The notes under the pieces: generated by a model
Seen by the model: only the letters and a program-made list of their open reading frames with translations
Database searches by the model: none
Told to the model about the DNA's origin: nothing
Position numbers and translations under genes: made by a program
In this document: positions 35,638 through 48,559 of the stretch, piece by piece
How positions within the stretch are numbered: position 1 is the first letter of the stretch
How the letters are laid out: each line of letters begins with the position of its first letter
NCBI RefSeq assembly: GCF_018977255.1
Contig: NW_024704743.1
Location: 23,748,001 to 23,812,000, forward strand
Direction: 5' to 3'
Source: Callorhinchus milii
Taxonomy: Eukaryota
Length of the DNA: 64,000 bases

Positions 35638-36077
35638 TTAAAAACCAACTGCTTACTTACTCCACATGTGTGATTTTTATTTGTTTCTAAAGCTACAGTT
35701 AGAGCACTTAGAAATTCACATGACTTTACTGAATCCATCCTGGTCTTCATTCTTGTTTTAAACCAAAAAAAACTGTACAGGTTGAATTGCCACAATTGTC
35801 AGTCTACTGTGTTGTACAGATCCTCTCACTGTCTGTGTGATACAGATCCCTTTACTATTATAATATAACAGCAACACAATGATAATCCTTGCATTTGATA
35901 TAGTACCTCATCATGTCTTCGAGACGTCTCAAAACAATGTAAAGTGAATTGACTGTATATTTTGTGGGCAAACAGATATTTTGTGTTATACTGTCTTTTT
36001 GCAATAAACACAAACTAAAGAGCTTCCTGTTAGTTAAATAACAAGCCAGAAAGTTACATACTCACGACTACACTTAC

Positions 36078-36173
36078 CCCCTGCAGTCTGACCCTATTTC
36101 CGAGGCAATGCTTGGTATAGGAGTGAATACAACAGGCTCTTTTTTTCCCATCTTACTTCACTACATCTGATGC
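36078..36173 (-). other. Candidate spliced exon on the minus strand, containing an ATG-initiated ORF MGKKEPVVFTPIPSIASEIGSDCR(G)
   Basis: Acceptor ctgccttgctttcacgccag|G and donor GGG|gtaagt; ATG at 36151 in context AAGATGG; unique sequence. Confidence 0.4.
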
Positions 36174-36593
36174 CTGGCGTGAAAGCAAGGCAGTACCAGT
36201 CCTGTGTACCACAGACTGCTTTCCCAGCCAACAGAAAGGAAGTAAAGGTTACCCTTGAAACGGAACTTGTTTTATATTACAAAGGCTGTCTTATTGTGGT
36301 GACGTAATTAAGTATTGAAAAAGCACAAATCTCCAATCGTTTTTTAAAAACCTCAATCCTTTTTTCAAACACTTTCAAACACTTTACCCAAGTGTTCTCT
36401 CCCAAGTGTTGACTGCCGCCAGGCTTCACTGCTCTACAGATGCCAGCACCTGTGTGCAAACAGCCACTCTTTACGTGTAAGTCTGTCCAAGCTGTGCGAG
36501 TGTGGAGAGCATCCTTGCCATGACAGACACAAGTGCATTTCATTGGGGGCAGGCAGAGTCCAATAGATAGCCCTCGTGGGAGGAACTTCTGTT

Positions 36594-36893
36594 ATAATAA
36601 TAATAATCCTTGCATTTGATATAGCGCTTTTCAAGTCGGGAGGACGTCCCAAAGCGCTTCACAGAACACACTGTAAAGTGAATTGACTGTATATTTGTGG
36701 GCGAACGCGGCAGCCAATTGCGCACAGCAATGTCCCACAAACAGTCGTAGATTGAAAATGACCAATTTATTATTGTTTTTGGTTTTGGAGGGATTATTAT
36801 TAGGTGTGTGGAGTAAGGAAACTTGCCCAAGGTTTCGCCCTGCCTGGAATTGAACTCAGGTCTCTCGCTTGCAAAGCGAGTGCTCCAACCACT
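36594..36893 (-). mobile_element. Young tRNA(Ala)-derived SINE, nearly full length
   Basis: Near-identical to the copies at 17313 and 26068. Confidence 0.95.
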
Positions 36894-37290
36894 CTAATAA
36901 TGCTCTAATAATGCCATGGGACACTAATTTCCATCTGAACAGGCAGATGGGACCTTGGTTTAATGTCTTATCCGAAGATTGGTACCTCAAACTGTTCCTC
37001 ACTCTGTGATTTGCTGAGTGGGTTACTTTATTAAAAGTAAACTCAAATCATCTTAAACAAAATCTAGAGGTGAAAATTGCAACGTGCAGTGTATTACGTA
37101 TCACTGGTGGTGGTTATCGCATTGTTACTCAGGACTGATAATGAGGCCAGACTCGCTGCAAGTGGGACTTTCTTTCTCCCTTCCCCGCCACATTCTTCTG
37201 AAACCCATCTACAGCTGCCATTGGAGTTACCAGCCCACAAATCATGAAGGGCTTATTCACTATCTTCTGCTTGTGGGATTCAAACAATTA

Positions 37291-37665
37291 GAGTCCTGTA
37301 GCTCAGTGGTTAGAGCACTCGCCTCACAACTGAGAGACTCCAGGTCTTAGACCCAAGTTCGATTCCTGGCAGGTCAAAATATTCCTTACTCCACATGCCT
37401 CTGTTTTCCAAGCAGTAAGTCGGAACCTGGTTATTAGTCAATTGGCAGATCGCTTTTCCGGGGTTATAATTCCTTCATAAAAAAAATAATAAATTGGTCA
37501 CTCAATCCACCACTGTTTGTGGGACACTGATGTGCACAATTGACTGCCATGTTTTGCCCAGAAAATGTACAGTCAATTCACTTTACAGTATATTCTGTGA
37601 AGCGTTTTGAAACATCTCGAAGATGTGATTAGGCATTATATCAAATGCAAGTATTATTATTATTA
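37291..37665 (+). mobile_element. tRNA-derived SINE, full length
   Basis: gagtcctgtagctcagtggttagagcactc...atatcaaatgcaagtattattatt. An inverted SINE tail follows at 37705-37870. Confidence 0.9.
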
Positions 37666-39481
37666 ATCACAATGCTGGTGCTGGTATTTACTGGCATTTT
37701 TCAAAATAATAATAATAATCTTTGCATTTACTATATTGTCTTTCATGTTGAAAGAATGTCCCAAATCCAAGCACTTTACAGGATTTACTCTAAAGTATTT
37801 ATAATTGAACGTGGTAGCTCTTTTGCACACAGCAATATGCCACAAACAGCCATGAGGTGAATGACCAGTTTTATCCTTGGACTCACAGAGTTGGAAGCTA
37901 CCATGTTATCAACGATGTGATCAAGCAAAGCACTTAAATTTTTATCCAACCCTCCGTGTATTATTTGTGTGAAGTTTCTATTATATTTAATGGATACTTT
38001 GCAATGCAAGAACTACTTACAGATTGAAATATATGGCAGTGATCAACAATCTCAAAAGGACCTTTTAAAATTATATTTTTTACAATTATGATTCAAAACA
38101 CAAAATTTCTCCCCAAGCATTTCCATTAGAATATAGTTATCGTTCAGTTGGGCTTCTTTCAATGGAAAATTATCTTATTTTTTAAAGCATTTCACAAATA
38201 TCTTGAGGTGACAGGTTCTTTTTTTATTCCTGTTAATTCTTATGAGGGAAATGATGTCATTAACTAAATCCATTGCAGTAAATTGGCCAGAAGGAAGATA
38301 ATATAATTACAGTGGACTTGAATTGAAATGTTTTGATGGAAACATTTAAATTGCTAATGCTATTACCACAGACGTGTTATTAACTTCCTATGTGACTACA
38401 GTAGGGTAAATCCCATTCGTGGCTGACATCCCCAATGGCATGCAACGTTAAACAGATCTTTTTCTTCAAAATAAAAATTGAAAGATAAAGTAGTGACTTT
38501 CTCGGTATCAGAGAATAGATCCAATGTTGCTCAGAGTCCTGTCTCCCTCTCCCACTCCTGCCTGCCTCCCAATACCACTCCGGTTTGAATTGGTACTGCA
38601 CTTCTTGCAATACAGAGATTGTCAGTGGTACTAAACCGAGCCTGAGAAATGCTTGGAGGCTTTGCTGGGTGTGAATACACCATACAAACCTGCTCAGCAT
38701 GCAAACTGTTGGGTTGGAAGTTACAGCCAACAGTAGACATAAGCACTTTGTTGAAACCTGGGAGTCAGCCAGCAGTGGATTTAACCATTCTGTTGAAGCC
38801 TGGGACAAAAGACCAGTTTATTCTGTTTAGCCAAAATTATAAATTAGGAATCCGTGAACAGAGAAACCAAAGTCAGTTGTATTTTATGTTCAACGGTTTG
38901 TTTACTTAATAAGGCAGAACCACATATAATTTTGCAATGAATGGGTTAAAGTAATTAGGGCACCGCTAGATCAAATTGTACTATTACGCTCACATATACC
39001 ATGTCACTGTCATGACAATATCAAAGTTCATAGGCTGGTGCGAACATGCTTCTCTTGCTTCTCTTTGGGAACCCTGATCATAGCGGGCGTTGAATTTCTT
39101 GCAGTTCTGTTGCAGCTGTGTTCTTGTATCGCTGAAGTCTACTCTTTTCTTCTTTCTTCTTCCGATGTTACTGGAACTTTGAAATCTTGGACCGTCAAGT
39201 GGCTCAAGTCACAAAACCTCCTGGAGGAGCAGAAAATGTAGTTGCTCTCTCACTAATTCGAACTGAACACACAGACTGAGCATTCAGATCGAACTTCAGA
39301 CAGACAACTGAACTGATGTGGCTCAGCTATACTTCTTTTTATCATGATCCTTTTTTTCAAGTAAGGTTGATCCTTGCAGGTCTGCATGTTCTCACCCACC
39401 ACCTAGTTGTTTAATCGTGTGTCACGTTTACATAGAAATTCTGCAACTCAATTTAATATAATTAGGATTATGGTTCTACAG

Positions 39482-39560
39482 CAGTGGTGGCCAACCCATG
39501 TTCCACAGACTGGAAGTGGCCCATGATGCCATCAAGAAGTGGCCCCCCCAGAACATTTGC
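39482..39560 (+). mobile_element. hAT-Charlie-like terminal fragment
   Basis: Starts cagtggtggccaaccc with gtggccc subterminal motifs and is preceded by ttctacag (NTCTANAN-type target). The other end was not found. Confidence 0.5.
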
Positions 39561-39639
39561 ACTAGTCTAGGCAAGTCTGTGTTAAATCAATATTGTTTTT
39601 TCTTGGTTGAATATTTCTTGATTATTCAATAGTCGCTCA

Positions 39640-39825
39640 AGAAAAAAAACAATAACAAATTGGTGACTTCAATCCACGGCTGTTCGTGTGACACTGTTGT
39701 GCTCAATTGACTGCCAAGTTTCACCCACAAATATAGAGTCACTTTACAGTATATTCTGTGAAGCGCTTTGGGACATCTAGAAGATGTGGAAAGCACTCTA
39801 TCAAATGCAAGGATTATTATTATTA
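39640..39825 (+). mobile_element. SINE 3' half
   Basis: aaattggtgacttcaatccacggctgttcgtg...atcaaatgcaaggattattattatt. Confidence 0.85.
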
Positions 39826-41978
39826 ATGGCATGAATCAAAAAATATTCAATCAAGAAAATGTATTTTGTTAGCCGACTAAAAATGTTCTACAGGTAAGAC
39901 TGACATTAGATAACAAGCGTAGACGAACCTAACTTTACTAAAACAATAATTTAAACAGTAATTCATTTCTGATCACAACAAAACCATAAACCCCAGCAAG
40001 GTACTAGGACCTCTACTGTACAGGAGACATCAACACCAAATAAGGCACACAGTTATTTTATGGGGTTTATTTGAGAGCTATCTTCATAGGACTTCCAGAT
40101 ACCAAAGCTCCTATTTAAATAAAGATGTGCGAAGGAAGATAACACTTGCCTTCCCCTCACTATAAATCAAAATCTAAAAGGGTATGAGGAAAGTCAGTGG
40201 AACGGAACTAAACAGAGAACTCTCAGAGAGAGTCAGCACAGGAATGAAGGTCTATTTCTGTCATGTATGATTCTATGCTTCTCATACTCATGGCAACTTT
40301 GTCCTCTCCAAGTGGATGTGATTGCTCTGTCTGGGACACAATAGGGAAAGGTGTTATTTTCTGCAGTATAAATAAAGGCAGCTATGAAACATTCAACAGC
40401 ATCTATCAGTTGCTCAGTCGCTAATAGCAGCAGTCTTTTCATTCCCTTCTAAACCAGTAATGAAAAACTTGTTAGCATTAACAAAAAGGGTGTGATAGCC
40501 CCAGTGTTTGGATATTATCTACCAAGACTGTTTCATTATCGGAAATGTCGCTGTATTTTTTAGGCTGTGTTTAGCTTTGACAGTTCAGTGTGTATTGTAG
40601 GAAAAGTACGTTGGAACACGATTAAAGCTATACAGGAATATTTTGGTAAAATGCCAACATGAGCTGGGGAGACTTTATACTTCATTGACTAAAATTCTGA
40701 ACCTGTCAATGAAAAGTCTGTCTATTAAAATATAGCGGTGATTGTAGTGCCAATAAGTTTAGTAAAGCAGGCAGCTGAAGCAATCTTCATTATTGGTGTT
40801 AGAGTTAAGCATCAGGATTGACAGAAGGTAAACTGAGGGAAAGATTCAAAGAATTTACTTCATTCAGAGAATTGATCTTGAGTTTGGAATTCATTGCCAT
40901 GACTATTAAGTCTGGATCATTGGAACCATTCAAAAGTGATGGATAAGCTGGATAAGCAATTTTAAGAGGAAAAACTTTTAAGGATATGGGAGAAAGGTGA
41001 AAATGGAAATAAAATAAGCGATTGATTTATTCATGCAGATAGCAATGGAAAAAGGCTGAATAGTTTCCTTCTGTGCTGAAAATGTATATGTTTCTTCCTT
41101 TTAAGTGCAGTCACTTTTAAACTATTATTAAACATAATTGATAAATAACTCAGAAAACAAATATTGGCCTTTCATGTCTCAGTACTTTCAAGCGCAGGAC
41201 TGCAATAAAGACTTGAAGATTAGATTGTCAAAACTTTCACGCTGTTCTGAGAATTAAATACAAGATGGTTAATGAAATCAGCTGGCTGTGTGTGGATTGG
41301 AAGAAAATAGAATAGTTTAGGAAGAAATAAAACAAGTCAAATATCTACCCTGGTTCTGTGAAGTATTTATAATTGTTTATTTAATTCTATCTTCTCCTCC
41401 CCTTAAGACTGATGCTGGGATATGGTTCTACCAGTGACAAATGCACTCTGGTACTTTGTCTAACATTCTAATAATAATCCTTACATTTGGTGTAGCACCT
41501 TTCATGTCGGCAGGACATCTCAAAGCATGTCACAGGATACACAGTATAACCTCACTGATCCAGTCACTCCACTCAAGTGACTGGGCAAAAGTGACCAACC
41601 TAGTGAGGTGACCTGATTACCAAAACAGGTCGGGTGATTCAGGTCGCTGATGCAATGTTAAGCGCATTGGTAATGGGTAAGGGTGAACATTCAACAACTG
41701 TACTTTGCAATCCCATTAAAATAAAGGCGTTATCACATTTAAAACAAAAGCTGTCAAGTATTCAGCCTACCTTTTGAGAATGCATCCAATTTGTGTTCTG
41801 CCGATGGCATAGATCACAGCTAACTGTCGATGACTGTTGCCCTTACTGTTTTTCATTAAGTCGACTCTCTCACATAAGGACAACTCCTCCCATGGTGGCA
41901 GGTTTACAATACTTGTCAACAGTCACTAAGTCAAAACAAACAATGTACTCACAAACCATGTGCTCTGAATGATGCAAC

Positions 41979-42215
41979 ACTTACCAAGAATTGGCCGCAG
42001 GAGCTCAGCTTAGGCCTCGGGCACCGGGCAAAGTCGATTTTCCGCTCGCGCTGCTTTCGCTCCCCGCATTTGCGACCGGAGCCCACTCCGCCCACAGTAA
42101 CAGCGTCAAGGAAACAGCGCGCGAGGCCGAGGCCTAGCACACTGTGTACAGGTTATTAGGGGAGGGGTGTCTTTGTACCTCTTTGAAGCGGAGGAGGGCG
42201 CTGTGGCGGCTGCAA
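41979..42215 (-). promoter_or_regulatory. CpG-rich, hAT-end-derived candidate promoter/first exon with a splice donor
   Basis: About 17 CpGs in 41991-42130, a GC box (GGGCGG on the minus strand near 42088) and donor TTG|gtaagt at 41984. Homologous to the MITE left end at 18631-18740 and 18961-19001. Confidence 0.45.
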
Positions 42216-43959
42216 TCAATGACCATTGTCCTGAACAGTGAGGTGCCCGGTTTACTGATGCAGACAGACAGCTTATCTTTTAACATTGACAATGAAAGAG
42301 ACTGTGAAAATGTGACCCAGTTGTGAGGTGGCTGGATTACAAAGGTGACCGCAAACCGGGTTTCTACTTACTGTATAGTGAAGTGACTGTTTTTGTGTTT
42401 ATTCTCTAACAGAAAGCTTGATGAAGTTTAAAGCAAGAAAAATGCAAGATACGACATAATAGGAAATTGGAATAGAAAAGACATTTAGAACAAAAATCTT
42501 GGAATTATACAGCGTCTTCACAAAAAATAGTGTCTCTGAGCGCTATACAATGGAGGAACCATTGGCACGGTGGAAGAAGTAGGTTTTAACTCAGAACTTG
42601 AATACAAATAAGATGAAGAGAAGTGGTTTCAGAGGTTAAGGGCATAGAATTGGAAATCTTGAGCTCCAATGATGGCAGAGATAGGGCGGGAGACGTGTAG
42701 CAAGCTTGAGTTAGCTGATCAAAGAGAGCTAAGAGGAGATTGGAGAGATAAGAAGGTGCTAGGGCATGAAGGGATTTGAAAGTGATTTGGTATACTTCAT
42801 GGTAAAAACTTGCCAAAGGAGAAGCTGAAAGAGATCTACAAATGTTCGTTGACTCATCGGTCACTATGCCAAAACAATGCGAGACAGCAATACAGAAGGC
42901 AAACAGGATTATATTGCCGACCAGTTGAGTTTAGATCGCCAGATATCATACTCAAGCTACATAATATTCTGGTCACAACGCACCTGCTATACTGCATACA
43001 GTCCTGGTCACTACAACATACGGGAGTGGCCTGAATGTGCAGCTTGGCTGAAATCAGCTAAACCAGCCCACAGAAGAGATCAAACATGGAAACTCCCAAG
43101 CACAAAATGGTGCAGTGTATTTGCATATTGGTCAATGCCTTTGCCAACTGTGCCACTGGGGGAGCTTATTATTTACGTTTAATTGGAAAGGCACACTTTT
43201 GGGGATTGAGCACTCAGACAGTTTGGGAGAGGACAGTATCCTCACATTGATGGCTGCTGAACATCATGGATGTTGGAGTCTGGATGGTGAAGTGAGCCCT
43301 GTATTCCATCTATTGAAACTGTTGCCAATCTTTCCTGTTGTGAAAATGCTGCATGGAAGTCCCAACAATTGCTGAATCTTTAGGATTGCTGCTGAAATGT
43401 TGGGAATTGCCTTGAGTTTCTGACTGAATTAAGATGGCCTTTTATTAAAGAATAGATAATGACCAACCTGTTGGAATGGTTGATGAGGTGCTCATCGTCA
43501 TCTCCCCTTTAGAGAGCAAGTGTCAACAATGTATGAGGCCAAAGCTGTTTCACTTATACCAGACACCTGGGTACCAGGGCTCTCCAACTAGCCCAAAGAA
43601 TTTATGTTGGTTCAAGCAATTCCTTACACTCAGACAAGATTTTGTTGGGATAGAGAAGAGGCATTATTCCAATGCTTTAAATTCTATTGCTGCTAAACAG
43701 CTTGTAATGTTGAAATTTAAAAATAATTTATGAAAGAGTTAATTTGCACAGTGGCACTCTTGCTAGAAAATTACCAGATAGAACTATTGTATGATCAGTG
43801 TAATTTCAGCCTTCCATAGGTACAAATTAGCCATCTCACTGAGACCATCTTTTGAGAAATTTATGGGTGGTCTGGGAGTTTGTTTGATGAATTTCAGCCC
43901 TTATTGGCAGAATGCTTGTTCAATTATTCACCAATATTTTTGTTTCCCGGAAGTAAAAT

Positions 43960-44050
43960 GATTTTACACACTGGTCTTTCACTTCTGGGCCTTGGCTTTG
44001 AATCCAGCCCAGACTGGTGGGATGAAAGTCTATTCTCTATGCCAACGGCA
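43960..44050 (+). mobile_element. LF-SINE-like 5' fragment
   Basis: tctttcacttctgggccttggctttgaatccagcccagactggtgggatgaaagtc resembles the LF-SINE tRNA-derived head as I recall it. Confidence 0.45.
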
Positions 44051-44353
44051 ATGACCTTTAGAGAATTATCAATCCATTTCCTAATTGGGACGACTCTACA
44101 GGACAAAATTGAACAACTTGCTACTAATCGGTATTAAAATCTCAGGCTCAGAAAATGATGGCAGGTACATTTACTGAGAATAATCAAACTAATGTGATGG
44201 AGAATGGTCTTCAGAGGCTAATAACCATTGCTGGAGGCAGCATAAAAGATGCATTTTTCTGCACAAATCATGCTATATAATAAAGAATTATCTTTGCATT
44301 TGGTATGACACCTTTCATATCAGGAGTACTCTTGAAACATCTTGCAGGACATG

Positions 44354-44395
44354 TTGTCTACAAAGTACAGTCATTAGACTGTACTTTGTAGACAA
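44354..44395. repeat. Perfect 19-bp inverted repeat with a 4-nt loop
   Basis: ttgtctacaaagtacagtc-atta-gactgtactttgtagacaa. Confidence 0.95.
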
Positions 44396-44814
44396 TAAAT
44401 TGTCGTGAGTTAGTGCAGAGGTGTATCTGATGAGCAACTTCCTCTTCAGAGTGTAATATAGTAAAAGTGAACGGTTTCAGGAGTCTAATGATGAAGTTTC
44501 TTTACCAGCGCAATCCTCTATGGACTTCACTGGAAAGATACCAAATGAACATGTTTTAATAAAAACTCACTGCTCTTCTGCCAACACTCAATCAGTAATT
44601 GATGAACAATGTCTTATTTATTTTTCCATGCAGTAACACTAGACTCAAAAGAGTTACTTTAATGTGTATGAGATGTTACACAAGTGCTTACACAAGTAAC
44701 ATTAAGGATCGAGCAAACCTGCCTTTTCCCCAGATTAGTATTATATAATACCTGTACTTGCATTTGATTTAGCAGCTATTGCATTGAGATCACCTCAATT
44801 CACTTCACAAAGTT

Positions 44815-45310
44815 TAGAATTCATAAGAATACATTTGTATATACAGCACAGAAACAGACCATTTGGCCCAACTGGTCCATGCCGGTGTTTATGCTCCACA
44901 AGAGCTTCCTTCTGCCCTTCCTCAACTAAACCTTCAAGCATAACCTTCTATTCCTTTTTCCCTCATGTACCTATCTAGCTTCCCCTTAAATATATCTATG
45001 CTATTTGCCTCAACAACTCCTTGTGATAGCATGTTTCACATTCCCACTACTCTCTGTGTGAAGAAATTTCTTCTAACTTCCCTATTTTATATTGCTGGCC
45101 CTGGTTTTGGTCTCCCCCACATGTGGAAACATCTTCCCTGTGTCTTCCCTATTGAAACCTTTCATCATTTTAAAGACCTCTATCAGGTCACTCCTTATGA
45201 GTTCATGAAGTTCATGTTCATCCTTTCCTGATGGGTATAACCTCTCAGTTCTGGGATCATCCTTGTGAATCTTCTTTGCACCATCTCCAGTGCCTCTGCA
45301 TCCTTCTATA
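44815..45310 (-). mobile_element. CR1 LINE 3' fragment inserted in a Deu-domain SINE
   Basis: ORF 45082-45453 includes RSDLIEVFKMMKGFNREDTGKMFP and a CR1 3' UTR is present. The host SINE lies at 44755-44815 and 45310-45680. Confidence 0.88.
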
Positions 45311-45680
45311 ATGAATATAATGAGTTTCTGTAAAGCGGATTGACTGAGTATTTTGTGGGCAAATGCAGCAGCTAATTTGCATACAGCAATGTCCAACAAA
45401 CAGCCAAGAGGTGAATGACAGAAGTTTGTCTGGGGAATTGTTGGCCAGGTCACAGGGACAACCTCCCTTCTCTTTTTTATTTAGTGCGGTGGGATCTTTA
45501 GTATCCATCTGAACAGGCAGATGAGGCTTTGGTTGAATGTTTCAACTGAAGAACAGTACTTCTGTCAATGCAGTGGTCTTCCAATGCCAAGACTGTGAGC
45601 TCAAAGTCCTGATGTGAGGCATCAACCCACCACCTTTTGATTCAAAGGCAAGAGTGCTACCAACTGAGTCAGGCTGACAG
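45310..45680 (-). mobile_element. Deu-domain SINE (body and tRNA head)
   Basis: gtgggatctttagtatccatctgaacaggcagatgagg...gagtgctaccaactgagtcaggctgac. Confidence 0.8.
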
Positions 45681-46371
45681 AGGTTGGTTTTATATGGGAC
45701 AGGCAAAGGAATGCCACATGTTTATCCACTTGCACACATACTGCTATTGACACTGCTGCCCACCAATCTGTATTTAACATTGAAATAAGTGCAGTCTTCA
45801 AAACCCTTCCTGGTAACCCATTTCCCACACCTCGTATAAACATGTATACAGTGCCTTTCTTAAATTTTGCCTTTTACAACCTTAAACCTGTGTTCTTTTG
45901 TGCTGCTGTCTTGGCACATTGAAAGTATTTTTCTGCATTTACTTTTCAAACTCACAATACCTTATATACCTCAGACATGTGTCTTTTTGAGGCAAAAGAG
46001 CTGTGTTTTATCTAGATGTTTTTCATAGCTAATCCCATTATCAACGGGATTGAGTCTTATTTCTCTGCTCTGCCTCCAGAGTCAGAACAGCCCCTCTGGA
46101 TAGTGACAAAACCTCTCTTTCTCAGTGATTATAAGACAGTGACCTGAACTTGTGGTCCAGATGAACAGAAACAGACTTTTTTTTCTCAATCTACTGGTAT
46201 CCTCTGTACAAATCTTGACAGTGTGTGTAAAAAAAAATCAATTCAAGCTCATTTTGATTTAGGATTTTATGTGAAGAACAACATCAAAGAATTTTTTGTT
46301 AATCCTCCTGCTTACTGAAGTGTCTCCCACTCCACAACCATGATGATACTGGGTAGCTGTATTGAAAGATA

Positions 46372-46490
46372 ATATTTTGCCCACAAATATACAGTCAATT
46401 CACTTCACAGTCTATTCTGTGAAGTGCTTTGAGACGTCGAAAAGACGTGAAAAGCGCTATATCAAATGCAAGGGTTATTATTATTATTAT
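46372..46490 (+). mobile_element. SINE 3' fragment
   Basis: gcccacaaatatacagtcaattcac...gcgctatatcaaatgcaagggttattatt. Confidence 0.88.
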
Positions 46491-46689
46491 TCCAGACAGC
46501 CTGCTGTTGCATTTAGTTATACGCAAGTTATGCTTTTCCACAAACAAGCCACTTACTATCAACACTGAAGATCATTCTTCGGAAGCCAAGATGACTGTGC
46601 AAAGCAACAACATGGATTACTATGCAGGAAACATTAACACTGAAATGCACTGGAGATTGTTGAGAATGCAATTAAGTAGGTGAAGAGTG

Positions 46690-47182
46690 ATGTGTATATA
46701 TATCTCCACTTTGAGCAGGTGTTAGATAAAGTAGCGCACAAGAGGATGGTAGCAACTGTTAGCACTCATGGAATTGTAGGAGCTGCCATAAATTGGATCA
46801 AAACTTCAGGTGACAACAATGAATAGGATGGGGAATTGTAGAAATAGGAGGGAATTTATTAAAACTGGAGAGGGTGAATGCTCCAGGAAGCAGTCCAAGT
46901 CAATATTGCCAAGGTCAGTCCTTCGAAAGAAACAAAGTGTTTGGAATTCACATGAAAACTCATTGTAATGTAAAGGATTGAGATTAATTTTCTAATCTTC
47001 TGATTTTATACAAAAATATATTTTATGACCGTAGGCTGATAACTGGCAAATGAAGTTCACTACAGATAGATGCAAGGTTCTGCACATAGGAAGTAAGAAT
47101 TGGAAATGTATGTACTCCATTGGATGGAATAGAACTTGCCAAGGTGGGGGGAGCTGAAAGAGGTCTAGGGACAGTGGTGAAC
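46690..47182 (+). mobile_element. CR1 ORF2 fragments
   Basis: 47035-47180 translates as ADNWQMKFTTDRCKVLHIG (CR1 motif WQMxFNxxKCKVLH). Confidence 0.75.
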
Positions 47183-48559
47183 TGGCTCTCCGAAATGGCT
47201 TGGGATTTTCGTAGACAGTCGGGCGGTGGGGTGGGCGCCAGCACCAAAGAGAATAAAGCATTGTACGAAGGCACAGTCTCACTCTCCTATATCAGCATCA
47301 TCTGGAAGCTGGCACTGCCGTGGGCACCTCCGGTCCCCTGGGCTCAGGATGAGAGGAGCTGGCTGGTCTGGTGGATGGTGGAAGTTTGCTATCCGACTAA
47401 CCATCATCTTGGCAGCATCAGTGGCTTTCTTCTTCTCCAGGCTCCCCAGCTGTCTACCACACTCTGAGCCATGATGACGAGTATGTCTGTACAAGGAGGA
47501 AAATAACAGCGTCTGTGCCTGCGCCAGTAGGAACAGCCCCCGTTTGATTTGTGTGTAAGAGCCTATAAGGACAATGTGGGGCAGAGTGAAGGCTAATTGT
47601 ATGTCAGTTGATTCCTGGGCGATGACGTGGTAGTGCTGGCGCAGCTTTCAGTCTCCTACCACTCACTCTGCAGATAGACTGGGGTGTGGGGTGGGAGGGC
47701 TGAGCCCCGCAAGCCCTAGCCACCCACTGCCATTTTTGGGAGCCATTTTTACGGGAGCGCTCGAGAACCATTTGCAGGGACACTCGGGAAATTTCCACGA
47801 TTTCCTGAACTGTCAGTCTGCCCCTGTCTAGGGATATTGTTAACTCATCATTCACTGAGTCTATATAGTGTGAGGCTAAATCAATTGAGTTTAGTTTCAC
47901 AGACATCATACATAAACTGTATAGTCCTATATAGTCAGGCAGCAACTAGAGTACTGCACACTATTCTAGCCTCGGTGGCATGAGGCAATTCCCAAGCCCT
48001 AAAGGAGGGCAACGAAGATGATTCCCAGTGTTGGAGGAATCACAGGTAGGTTGAGACCAGCTATGGTAGTTGGGGCTAAGACCTTAAACTCATTTTTAAA
48101 AAAAAGCACGATCTTGCATTGGAAAGACAATAGGTATCCTGAAGGAAGAGATAATAATAATAATCCTTGCATGGGATGTACGGCCTTCCTTGTTTGAAAC
48201 AATCTTGTGATCTCATAACTATTGTGGAAATAAGGTGAGAATTATGGGCTAATATTGCATAAACCAATCAGGTTTATTAAAGAGATAAAATTAGAGTTTT
48301 TTAAGTTTTTTCAAGACGTACATTATGTTGAGAAGGAAAAACAGCATCGAATGGATTTGGAAGGGCTCAGTATATGAACCTGTAATTACAAATAATGTTT
48401 AGTGGAGATGAACCTGTAAAGAGATAATTACAGATACTGTACTCTTAATTATGTCATTCATAACCAATGAAAGGAATTTGAGATGTTTCTTCTTCTTTAA
48501 TTCCCTCTTCACACCTGTGTTTACACATATCCCAATCCACATTATATGTACACACAGCT

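Noticed and set aside
40017..42152. tgtacagg at 40017 and 42145 as the TSD of a complete 2.1-kb hAT element
   Set aside because: No TIR follows the 40017 copy, so the octamer match is probably chance.
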